This document shows, piece after piece, positions 1 to 8,216 of a stretch of 39,965 bases of DNA (position 1 is the first letter of the stretch; the number at the start of each line of letters is the position of its first letter). The notes below the pieces were generated by a model. The model was not told the origin of the DNA and made no database searches. It saw only the letters and a program-made list of their open reading frames with translations. The position numbers and the translations under genes were made by a program. The DNA comes from an uncultured bacterium (GTDB lineage Bacteria > Chlamydiota > Chlamydiia > Chlamydiales > SM23-39). Where the stretch lies: positions 1 through 39,965 of the forward strand of contig CAZXLK010000004.1 in assembly GCA_964641775.1 (NCBI GenBank), in the 5' to 3' direction.

Positions 1-2542
1 GAGCCCTACAAATTTTTCTTATATTTTGAATTTTGTCTGCCATGTAGCTCCAGGCGCCCATATTTTCCGGCTCTTCTTGCACCCATATTCGATCTTCATA
101 GCCATCGATTGCTTTTTTTAATTTTTCTTCATTTAAAGGATAAAGCTGCTCAAGCCGAACAATTGCTACTTTTACTTTTCTTTTTTCTCTTTCTTGCACA
201 AGCTCATAATAAATTTTTCCTGAGCAAATCAAAACTCTTTTTGCCTGAGTCCCATCTCCCAGCACTTCTTGAAAACTCCCTGCAAGACATTCCTGGACAG
301 AACTTACATTCAAAGGCGATCTGAGAAGGCTTTTTGGGGTAAATAGAATGAGCGGCTTTTTTTCTTTTCGAATCCCTTGACGCCGTAAAACATGAAAATA
401 TTGGGCCGGCGTTGTGGGATTGGCAATGATCATGTTATTGCCTGCAGAAAGCTGCAAAAATCTCTCCATCCTGGCAGAGCTATGTTCGGGACCTGCCCCT
501 TCATAGCCATGGGGAAGAAGAAGTACTAAAGAACTTACTGAATTCCACTTTTGCTCTGCATTGGCAATGTATTGATCGATGATGATTTGAGCCCCATTGA
601 TGAAATCGCCATACTGCGCTTCCCATAAAACCAAACCGTTTTGATCCCCTACGCTATAGCCATATTCAAATCCAAGCCCGGCATATTCGGTAAGCGGCGA
701 ATTGATCACATCAAAACGGCCCTTAAAATGGCAAAGGGGGCAATAAAGATTCCCATTTTCGCTATCTGCCCAAATCATGTGTCTTTGGCTAAAAGTTCCT
801 CTTCTCGTATCTTCTCCTGCAAATCGAATGGAAATTCCATCTAAAAGCATCGTCCCTAATGCAAGCATTTCCCCTGTTGCCCAATCGATATTGCCTTGCA
901 GCATTTTTAATCTATTTTCCATCCATTTTTGCAATTTAGGATGAAGATGAAAATTTTCAGGCACTTCGCAAAACTTTTTCAAAACCGTCTCTAGATTTTT
1001 AAAGTCCACTCCCGTTTGAATCTCTTTAAAAAGATCGCTTCTAGGCCTCACGGGAGCTTCTTTTTTTTGTTTAGCTTGTGCCATCGTAAGGGCATCATGC
1101 ATCGTCTTTTGAAAATCTTGTTCTAAAGTTTCTGCAATCTTTTGTTCGATGTGGCCGGCATGCATTAAAGCATCTAAATAATAAGTGCGGATCGATTTTT
1201 TGGAGCGGATGATATGATATTGAACCGGCTGCGTATAGGAGGGCTCATCTCCTTCGTTATGCCCATATTTTCGATAGCCCAAAAGATCTAAAAAGACGTC
1301 GCATTGGAATTTATTACGGAAATCAACGGCCAATTTTGTAACTAAAAGGCAGCTTTCCGGATCTTCTGCATTGACATGAAAAACGGGAACTCCAAACGCT
1401 TTTGCGATATCGGTGCAATATTTGGTCGATCTTCCCTCCGATGGCAGTGTTGTGTAGCCGATTTGGTTATTCAACACCAAATGGATCGTTCCTCCAACTG
1501 AATAACCATCTAGCCGCATAAACTGCATCGACTCATAAACAACCCCTTGTCCTGCCAATGCGGCATCTCCATGAATCAGAAGAGAGGCGATTTTTTGCCT
1601 CTTTTCATCATTTTTCATCACTTGGCGAGCCCTTGCTTGGCCAAGAAGAACGGGATCAACCGATTCCAAATGGGATGGATTTGCAGGAAATCCCACCAGC
1701 ACCTTTTTACCGCTTTTTGCCTTATATTCTCCGGTAAACCCAACGTGGTATTTCACATCATCGTTGCCAAAATAAGAAAGAGCCGTATCATCTTCAAATT
1801 CTTCTAAAATCATCGAATAGGGTTTATTTAAAATATTTGCCAAAACATTGAGCCTTCCTCGATGCGCCATCCCAATCCAAAATTCTTCAATTCCGGTATC
1901 GGCTCCCCGTTCAATCATCTCTGCGAGCATTGGGATCACCGTCTCTGTCCCTTCTAAAGAAAATCTCGTTTGGCCGACATAGCGGGTGTGCAAAAATGTC
2001 TCAAAGACTTCCGATTTATTGAGATAGACCAAAAGAAGATGTTTTTCTTCTGCTGTGAGATCAAGAACAAGCTTCGGCTCGATCTGTCTTTGGATCCACG
2101 TTTCCATTTCCGGATTTCCAAGGCCCATGTACTCAAAGCCAATCCGCGAGCAATAGATCTCTTCCAAGCTTCTAATAATTTCTCGAAGAGGCGCCATCTC
2201 TTTTCCGCAAAAACCAAGAGTTGGAAAAGGTTGATCCAGCTCTGATTCAGAAAATTTGAGATTCGTTAACTTAAGCTCCTCTGCCGGCTTTTTTTCCTCG
2301 ATGGGATTGAGGGAAGCTTGTAAATGGCCATAGCGGCGATAAGCTTGAATGAGTTCCAAGATCCGTAAATTTTCTGATCCGGCGAATTCTGCAGGCTTTT
2401 TATAGAGAACAGATGCAAAATCAATCCCTTCAAAAAAATGGCGCCACGAAGGATCGACTTTTTGAGGACTTTCTAAATAGAGCCGATACTGCTCTTCAAT
2501 AAATCCAATATTTTCAAGTGTAGCATGCTCCGGAAAGTCCAT
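1..2542 (-). CDS. sucA: 2-oxoglutarate dehydrogenase E1 component (3' end beyond the window edge)
   Basis: Manual translation from ATG 2542 (GGAGG SD upstream) gives MDFPEHATLENIGFIEEQYRLYLESPQKVDPSWRHFFEG. Conserved blocks GMAHRGRLNVL, HGDAALAGQGVVYE, LNNQIGYT, HGYEGAGPEHSS and WVQEEPENMGAW follow. It is absent from the ORF track, consistent with no stop before base 1. Confidence 0.97.
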   Translation of the reverse strand, partial: MDFPEHATLENIGFIEEQYRLYLESPQKVDPSWRHFFEGIDFASVLYKKPAEFAGSENLRILELIQAYRRYGHLQASLNPIEEKKPAEELKLTNLKFSESELDQPFPTLGFCGKEMAPLREIIRSLEEIYCSRIGFEYMGLGNPEMETWIQRQIEPKLVLDLTAEEKHLLLVYLNKSEVFETFLHTRYVGQTRFSLEGTETVIPMLAEMIERGADTGIEEFWIGMAHRGRLNVLANILNKPYSMILEEFEDDTALSYFGNDDVKYHVGFTGEYKAKSGKKVLVGFPANPSHLESVDPVLLGQARARQVMKNDEKRQKIASLLIHGDAALAGQGVVYESMQFMRLDGYSVGGTIHLVLNNQIGYTTLPSEGRSTKYCTDIAKAFGVPVFHVNAEDPESCLLVTKLAVDFRNKFQCDVFLDLLGYRKYGHNEGDEPSYTQPVQYHIIRSKKSIRTYYLDALMHAGHIEQKIAETLEQDFQKTMHDALTMAQAKQKKEAPVRPRSDLFKEIQTGVDFKNLETVLKKFCEVPENFHLHPKLQKWMENRLKMLQGNIDWATGEMLALGTMLLDGISIRFAGEDTRRGTFSQRHMIWADSENGNLYCPLCHFKGRFDVINSPLTEYAGLGFEYGYSVGDQNGLVLWEAQYGDFINGAQIIIDQYIANAEQKWNSVSSLVLLLPHGYEGAGPEHSSARMERFLQLSAGNNMIIANPTTPAQYFHVLRRQGIRKEKKPLILFTPKSLLRSPLNVSSVQECLAGSFQEVLGDGTQAKRVLICSGKIYYELVQEREKRKVKVAIVRLEQLYPLNEEKLKKAIDGYEDRIWVQEEPENMGAWSYMADKIQNIRKICRA

Positions 2543-2696
2543 CTAACCTCCAAATAACAGGAAATTGCTTTACGGAAAATGGGAATCTGGTGTAAAAGGT
2601 TAAAACCTGCTCATTTGCACGCAAAGAAAAAGGCAGAAGATAAAAAATCTTTTACTTTTATCCTAAATTAGGGTAGAGAAGAAAAGCTAGGCGATT

Positions 2697-3185
2697 ATGA
2701 ACATTAAAAGCGAGCGGTTGAAAAAACTAGAAACTGAATTGGAGGATCTCCAGCAGTGGATGACTCTTGGCTTAGTTCCCAAAAAAGATGTTGAAAAACA
2801 CAAAGAGGAAATCCGTTCTCTCAAAGTCAAAATCGATGAAGAAAAAGAAAGACTCCGCTTCTTAAAAGAAAGCGGCGACATGGAAGAATATGTCACCCCT
2901 AAAAGGCCCACAGGCCGCCAGGCCTATGCCGAGCCCCATACCCTGCCCGACATGGATGGCGGGGAAAATATGACCGATGCCGGCCTTGATATGGAAACGG
3001 ATAGCTTTGAGATGGAAACCGTCACAGAAGATGAAACCGAGGGCGGCGGTGGTGGCGGCGGCGGCGGAGCAACTACGGAAGAAGAAGGAACCGTCGTCGA
3101 AGAAGAAGACGACGAAGACCCATTTTCCGATCGCAACCGCTGGAAGCGGGGCATCCTCGAAGATCCCGACGCTGACAATTGGTAG
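2697..3185 (+). CDS. Chlamydia-specific acidic protein, CT053-like (candidate T3SS substrate)
   Basis: N-terminal KSERLKKLETELEDLQQWMTLGLVPKK and C-terminal EDPFSDRNRWKRG..DPDADNW match my recollection of C. trachomatis CT053. It lies between sucA and the hemN-like gene, as in CT052-054. Confidence 0.85.
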   Translation: MNIKSERLKKLETELEDLQQWMTLGLVPKKDVEKHKEEIRSLKVKIDEEKERLRFLKESGDMEEYVTPKRPTGRQAYAEPHTLPDMDGGENMTDAGLDMETDSFEMETVTEDETEGGGGGGGGGATTEEEGTVVEEEDDEDPFSDRNRWKRGILEDPDADNW

Positions 3186-4270
3186 AAGAAGACGTTTCCC
3201 TTTATTTCCATATTCCTTTTTGCACCAAGAAATGTCCCTATTGCCATTTCTATGTCATTCCCAATAAACCCTTATTTCAAGAAATTTATACTACTTCCAT
3301 TACTCTGGAATGGGAACGGATACAGCCCCTTCTGCAAAATAAAAAAATTGTCTCCATCTATTTTGGCGGAGGCACCCCCACCCTTTTTGCCCCGGATGGC
3401 ATTGCCTATTTACTGAAGCTCATCGGACCCCAAAATTGTGAAATCACGATCGAAGCCAATCCGGAAGAGTGTACTTTGGAACTTTTCCAAAAGCTCTTTT
3501 CTCTAGGAATTAACCGATTGAGCCTTGGCGTCCAATCGCTCGATGACCGCTCGCTATCCGTTTTGGAAAGGCAGCATAGCGCCAAAAAAGCCATCCATAC
3601 GATATTTGCAGCCCATGAGGCAGGGATCAAAAATATTTCCATCGATCTCATGTATGATCTTCCCGATCAAACAGAAGCCAGCTGGCAGTATACTTTAAGC
3701 CAATTACAATCCTTACCCATCACCCATCTTTCCCTATACAATCTCACCATCGAACCCCACACCTCCTTTTCCAAAAGAAAGCTCAATCTTCCCTCATCCA
3801 AAACAAGCCTCAAGCTCTTGCAATCCGCCGTCCACCATCTCGAAGACATCGGACTAAAAAGATATGAAATCTCTGCCTTTGCAAAACCCGGCTTCGAATC
3901 CCGCCATAATCTAGGTTATTGGACCGCTCGCCCCTTCCTTGGCCTTGGCCCCTCAGCCTTCAGCTATTGGCAAGGCGAGCGCTTCCGCAACATCGCCAAT
4001 CTCCACGCTTACGCAAAAGTCTTAAAAGAAGGCAAAAGCCCAATAGATTTTAAGGAAAAACTCCCCTACCCAGCCAACATCAAAGAGCTTTTAGCCGTCC
4101 GCCTCCGTCTTTTAGAGGGGGCGGATTTTCCTAATCCCCTGCCCGAAGAAACCAAAAAGGCTATTGAAAAATGGGTGGATGACGGATCAATCGCCACCGT
4201 CGGCAATCGCATCAAACTCACCGACCGCGGCCGGCTATTCTACGATCTCATTGCTACAGATCTCATTTAA
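3179..4270 (+). CDS. hemW: Radical SAM heme chaperone HemW (HemN-like)
   Basis: HIPFC-x3-C-x2-C radical SAM motif, YFGGGTPT, EANP, YEISAF and the HNxxYW (HNLGYW) HemW signature. Confidence 0.92.
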   Translation: MVEEDVSLYFHIPFCTKKCPYCHFYVIPNKPLFQEIYTTSITLEWERIQPLLQNKKIVSIYFGGGTPTLFAPDGIAYLLKLIGPQNCEITIEANPEECTLELFQKLFSLGINRLSLGVQSLDDRSLSVLERQHSAKKAIHTIFAAHEAGIKNISIDLMYDLPDQTEASWQYTLSQLQSLPITHLSLYNLTIEPHTSFSKRKLNLPSSKTSLKLLQSAVHHLEDIGLKRYEISAFAKPGFESRHNLGYWTARPFLGLGPSAFSYWQGERFRNIANLHAYAKVLKEGKSPIDFKEKLPYPANIKELLAVRLRLLEGADFPNPLPEETKKAIEKWVDDGSIATVGNRIKLTDRGRLFYDLIATDLI

Positions 4271-4283
4271 AAAGTTTAACCAA

Positions 4284-4304
4284 GAGAGATAGATACCACA
4301 GAGA
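4284..4304. repeat. Single arm of repeat family C (GAGAGATAGAWACCACAGAGA)
   Basis: 20/21 identical to 10655-10675. Lies just after the hemW stop. Confidence 0.7.
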
Positions 4305-4372
4305 AAAAATGGCCGCCTGAGCGGCAGAGATAGATCCGGACCCTGCCGGGAGTTAGAAAGCCCCCACCCGCA

Positions 4373-4438
4373 CTAAGCCTCAAGGATATTAAAATCTAAG
4401 AATTTGATCGCTTTTATGTTATCAATATAATGAATCAT
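4373..4438 (-). pseudogene. Possible 5' stump of a toxin gene (MIHYIDNIKAIKFLDFNILEA*) coupled to the antitoxin
   Basis: Its ATG overlaps the antitoxin stop (ATGA), the usual TA geometry. Only 21 codons. Confidence 0.35.
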
Positions 4439-4680
4439 CGATTAGCTAAACGGCGAAATAGACGAGAATATTTTCGTTTTACTTTTTTGTAAGCTTCAAA
4501 AGCTAATCGATCATCTTCGTCTTCGGCTGATTGGAGCAAAAGACCGCCGGTTGGATTGACAGTGATCTGGATCTCTCCGGTTAAACCGGCTTCCTCTAAG
4601 ACTTTGTTGCTCAATAATATTGCAACTTTTTTTCCTTGCTTTACGGGACGAAGAATCATGGATTTGCGCTTTTTTTTCAT
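4435..4680 (-). CDS. AbrB/MazE/SpoVT-fold protein, probable type II antitoxin
   Basis: 81 aa with VKQGKKVAILLSNKVLEEAGL.GEIQI (AbrB-like pattern) and a C-terminal KRKYSRLFRRLA resembling antidote proteins of Doc-type modules. Confidence 0.72.
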   Translation of the reverse strand: MKKKRKSMILRPVKQGKKVAILLSNKVLEEAGLTGEIQITVNPTGGLLLQSAEDEDDRLAFEAYKKVKRKYSRLFRRLANR

Positions 4681-4791
4681 ACAAGTGTAACAGCTTGGTC
4701 TCTTTTTTGTTTAGGCTATTTTGTAAATCTTCGCAAACATTGACGAATGGATAGATTGTATGCTAATACCTCTTGTGTTTCTTTAGACAAG

Positions 4792-5454
4792 ATGAAATTT
4801 TTAAGTTTCCTGATATTTTTCGGAAGTTTGGTTGCAAAGGAAGATCCCCTTTTTGTAAGTCTTGGCAGCTTTTGTGAAGTTGCAGGTCAATTAAGAAATC
4901 ATAACATGAGAAAAGAAGCGTATCCTTTTGATTGGATGGTTACCTTAAATCATGAGAAGTTTCTAAAGCTTTTGGATGATGATTTTCGATTCTTTCTAGA
5001 CCAAAATTATTTTTTTCGAAAACCTGATTGTCCTGGGATTCTAGAAAATAGCTATTATGAATGTGAATTTAGACATGATCCCCCTGAAAATCCTGCAGAT
5101 AGTCTCTCATGCCATTTAGAGCGCATCGCTTCAAAATATGAAAGGAGGATTGCTCGATTTAGAAAATTAAAAGAGTATACGGGCAAAGTGTTTTTTATTC
5201 GGAGCGCTGATGATATCACGATGAACCAAGCCAAATCATTAAAGATGGCGCTTGATCGTTTTTTTCCCCTGCTCGATTATACTCTCGTAATCGTCCATTC
5301 CTCTCAAGATAACTTCGACAAAATTGTCAATCATGATGACATTATCGAATTTAAAATAAGAAAAAACAGAGAAACACAAAGTTACGCAATATTACTACAT
5401 CGATTATCCCACCCCGATGACTTTGACATCGAATCGAAGCGATTTGCCCGCTAA
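4792..5454 (+). CDS. DUF1796-family putative papain-like cysteine peptidase with signal peptide
   Basis: FVSLGSFC...YPFDWM, F-R-H-D and KYERRIARF motifs. ATG 4792 gives a signal-like MKFLSFLIFFGSLVA (the track starts at 4747). Confidence 0.8.
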   Translation: MKFLSFLIFFGSLVAKEDPLFVSLGSFCEVAGQLRNHNMRKEAYPFDWMVTLNHEKFLKLLDDDFRFFLDQNYFFRKPDCPGILENSYYECEFRHDPPENPADSLSCHLERIASKYERRIARFRKLKEYTGKVFFIRSADDITMNQAKSLKMALDRFFPLLDYTLVIVHSSQDNFDKIVNHDDIIEFKIRKNRETQSYAILLHRLSHPDDFDIESKRFAR

Positions 5455-5823
5455 GGGATGATTGAAATCGAGGACAATCTTTGTGTCTTTGATTTGATGA
5501 ACCCGGATGGGGAAAACACCCCCTTTGGGATCCTGGACTCCAAGAATTGCCCCTTCAAAACGGTAAGGTGCAGGGACTGTTTCTAAATCAACTTCTCGAA
5601 AAGCCTCTTGAACAACAGGCCCGTAGGCTTCATCGGAAGATAAAAGAACCTGTTTTGAATCGCCAACTTTTAGTCCCAAGAGAGCTTGTTCCAAAGCGGG
5701 AAAGACCTGATGCTCACCTAAAACAAAGACAAGGGGATTTTCTCCTACATTGCTGTCGATTTGCGTTCCATCTTCAAGAAATACAGAATATTCTAATTGG
5801 ATTTTTTCCCCTTTTTTGATCAT
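5404..5823 (-). CDS. FKBP-type peptidyl-prolyl isomerase (SlyD/SlpA-like, no His-rich tail)
   Basis: DGTQIDSN, LEQALLGLKVGD, EAYG and DFNHPLAGKSLRFDVKV motifs. AGGAG SD. Confidence 0.93.
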   Translation of the reverse strand: MIKKGEKIQLEYSVFLEDGTQIDSNVGENPLVFVLGEHQVFPALEQALLGLKVGDSKQVLLSSDEAYGPVVQEAFREVDLETVPAPYRFEGAILGVQDPKGGVFPIRVHQIKDTKIVLDFNHPLAGKSLRFDVKVIGVG

Positions 5824-5912
5824 GATGATCTCCTTTCTGCTTTAAGCCCCTTATTTAGCATTTAAAAACAAGCGTCAAGAAAAAAAAGGCTCATCAGGAA
5901 AATTGGACCTAT

Positions 5913-6034
5913 CGTGAACGTTTGCGCTTGCGCTTGCGTTACCGTTACCGACCCGTTCACGTAAAAATCGGAAACGCAAACGCCGGGGCCCCCAAACCCG
6001 CATCGTCTTTGGGGTGGAAGCGCAAACGTTCACG
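5913..6034 (+). repeat. Palindromic repeat family A, copy 1 (contains 32-bp hairpin module 5985-6016)
   Basis: 17-bp terminal inverted repeat CGTGAACGTTTGCGCTT...AAGCGCAAACGTTCACG with a CG every 6 nt in the arm. Homologous to 17674-17785 and 37931-38111. Confidence 0.92.
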
Positions 6035-6045
6035 GTTTTTCTCAA

Positions 6046-7068
6046 TTAAGTAAAAAAGAGATAAGCAATCGTACTTTGCAATTTTTGATTGGTAAAGTGA
6101 TGTTGGATATTACCTGTAATCAGAGGTGATTTTTCCATAAGCTCTTTAAACCAAGCTTTTTTCTTTACAAGCTCCACCACTTGATAGGGAGTTTCTTTCT
6201 CGATGCCGGATGTTTGGGCAAGATCGGAAAGCGCTTTCTCAAAATCCCCCACTTCATCGATAAACTTGAATTTTGCCGCATCTTCTGCCGAAAAGACTTT
6301 AGCGCCATATTCATTGACTAGCTGATCTTTTTCCATTTTTCTCTCTTTCACAACAAGATCGACAAAGCGGTTATAAAAATAGGAAAGGATTGCTTTTAGA
6401 TCGCTATCTTCCCCTTCTTCCCAAGGACGAAATGGATTGAGATGGTCTTTATTTTTCCCTTCCGCGTAGGTTCTTACCCCAACATCCCATCGCTCAAGCA
6501 CTTTGGTAAGATTAAAAAAAGGAGTCATGATTCTAACTCCCACACTGCCAATCACGCTAGATGGCGATGCATAGATTTTATCTGCGCTGCAAGCTGCTAA
6601 AAAACCTCCCGATGCGCACATCCCATCGACAAAGGCATACACAGGGATGGTATTTTTTTCCTTAAAAGCCTTGATCCTCCGATAGATGGCGTCCGAGTCT
6701 TTGGCGCTTCCTCCGGGAGAATCAATATTGAGAAAAATCCCCCTCACCCTTTTGCCGCTAAGCTCCCCTATATTTGCCTCTGAAAGCTGTGTTTCAATGC
6801 TTTCCAAATTTAATAAATCCGCCCCAATGAGCCCGGTCAGATTCATCTGTAAAATGACGGGAGCTGATCTACCAAGAGCCTTCTTTTCCCCATCTGCATC
6901 GGAAAGGATCGATACATAACATTTTCTTTTTAAACGACTCACTCTTGCAAAGACGTTTGAAAGATAAGAAAAGAGAAAGAAAAAAATCAAAATTCCAGCA
7001 AAAGAGCCCACAATCGATAGAAGCGATTGGACAAGCGTCGACCATGGTGAATGAGAAGATGGATCCAT
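6046..7068 (-). CDS. S49 family peptidase (SppA/SohB-like) with N-terminal TM helix
   Basis: IDSPGGS, MCASGGFLAACSADKIYASPSSVIGSVGV and GKNKD motifs. Confidence 0.92.
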   Translation of the reverse strand: MDPSSHSPWSTLVQSLLSIVGSFAGILIFFFLFSYLSNVFARVSRLKRKCYVSILSDADGEKKALGRSAPVILQMNLTGLIGADLLNLESIETQLSEANIGELSGKRVRGIFLNIDSPGGSAKDSDAIYRRIKAFKEKNTIPVYAFVDGMCASGGFLAACSADKIYASPSSVIGSVGVRIMTPFFNLTKVLERWDVGVRTYAEGKNKDHLNPFRPWEEGEDSDLKAILSYFYNRFVDLVVKERKMEKDQLVNEYGAKVFSAEDAAKFKFIDEVGDFEKALSDLAQTSGIEKETPYQVVELVKKKAWFKELMEKSPLITGNIQHHFTNQKLQSTIAYLFFT

Positions 7069-7088
7069 AATTATTAAAATATATCAAT

Positions 7089-7136
7089 TTGATTATTAAT
7101 GCTAATTAATTTAAAACAGTTAGTTAGGAGATAATT
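7089..7136 (+). promoter_or_regulatory. Putative promoter (TTGATT-17-TAAAAC) and strong RBS AGGAGATAATT
   Basis: Spacing seen directly. Similar to the region upstream of 18632. Confidence 0.45.
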
Positions 7137-8162
7137 ATGTCCATTGGTGATTTTAACCCGGATAACATATCTAGTTGGAACGCCTTAACCTCGAACAATC
7201 CAGAATTCGAAAAAGTCATTTCTCAAGATAGAATCGATCATTTACCTGATGCAGAAAAGACAAGTGCAGTTGCCCATGCAATTTTAAACGCTTCTACACA
7301 AGAGGCTTTCCTGAAAGAAAATCCTGAGCTAAGTGCTACATTACCAATGCTTGCTCAAAGAATCAAAGATACAAATCTTTTGCAAATGTTTTCTAAACTA
7401 CCTATCTCGGAAGGTCAACGACCAGCTTTAAGTGGCGACATTACAAAGGATGCAGTAGCAATACGAGCCTGGATGAATGTAGATGCAAACCGTCAGATTC
7501 TGAGCGGAATCAGAAAGCTTGAGCTAGAGGGTTTACATCTTACTGCGCTTCCTTCTGAAATTCAATGGCTAACTAATTTGCAAAAGCTGAATTTATCAAA
7601 CAACCAAATTGAAACCTTACCTGACGAGATAAACCTTCTCACAAATTTAAGATCTTTTGCAGTGGATAATAACCAGCTTAAGGCTCTACCACCACTAAAT
7701 CTTCCACACGTAACGTATTTCTCTGTAAAAAATAACCAACTTCTAAAAATACCTGAAACGATGATCCTTCCAAACCTTATGATTTTTCATCTTACAAATA
7801 ACTTTATTGAAAATTGGCCGGCAGCACTAAATCTGCAAAATCTGGGCATACTTCGTATGGATCATAATGAACTTAGAGATTTCCCACAAAATCCAAATCT
7901 TCCTAACTTAAATCAGCTTAATATTGAATTTAATCACATAGTTGACTTGCCAGAAGGATTGAACTTACCATGGCTTACGAATCTTATTCTTAGTAACAAC
8001 CCGATCGACCATTTGCCTGCGAATGTCAATATGCCAAGTCTTCATGAGATAGATCTAACTGATACTCAAATCCAGGTTCTATGGGAGGAAAAGACTCTCA
8101 TTTCCTTGCCGAATTGGATGATGAATCGAGATCTTAAAGTGATAGGCATAAAGCGAAAATAA
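7137..8162 (+). CDS. Leucine-rich repeat protein, candidate secreted effector
   Basis: Roughly nine 21-23 aa repeats of LxxLxLxxNxI/LxxLP after a unique N-terminal region of about 120 aa. Confidence 0.9.
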   Translation: MSIGDFNPDNISSWNALTSNNPEFEKVISQDRIDHLPDAEKTSAVAHAILNASTQEAFLKENPELSATLPMLAQRIKDTNLLQMFSKLPISEGQRPALSGDITKDAVAIRAWMNVDANRQILSGIRKLELEGLHLTALPSEIQWLTNLQKLNLSNNQIETLPDEINLLTNLRSFAVDNNQLKALPPLNLPHVTYFSVKNNQLLKIPETMILPNLMIFHLTNNFIENWPAALNLQNLGILRMDHNELRDFPQNPNLPNLNQLNIEFNHIVDLPEGLNLPWLTNLILSNNPIDHLPANVNMPSLHEIDLTDTQIQVLWEEKTLISLPNWMMNRDLKVIGIKRK

Positions 8163-8216
8163 TTGCATTTTCTTCATACCTGGAATAATTAAATGATCCC
8201 TGCTATGTAATTGCTT

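Noticed and set aside
1-30. sucA reads IRKICRA where a YVGR-like motif is expected (FVG appears in another frame)
   Set aside because: At the extreme edge of the window, so divergence cannot be told apart from an edge error.
109-2245. Short track ORFs within 1-2542
   Set aside because: Shadow frames of sucA, which the track misses because it has no stop inside the window.
2924-3247. Antisense ORF with poly-Ser/poly-Pro
   Set aside because: Reverse complement of the Glu/Asp- and Gly-rich tracts of the CT053-like gene.
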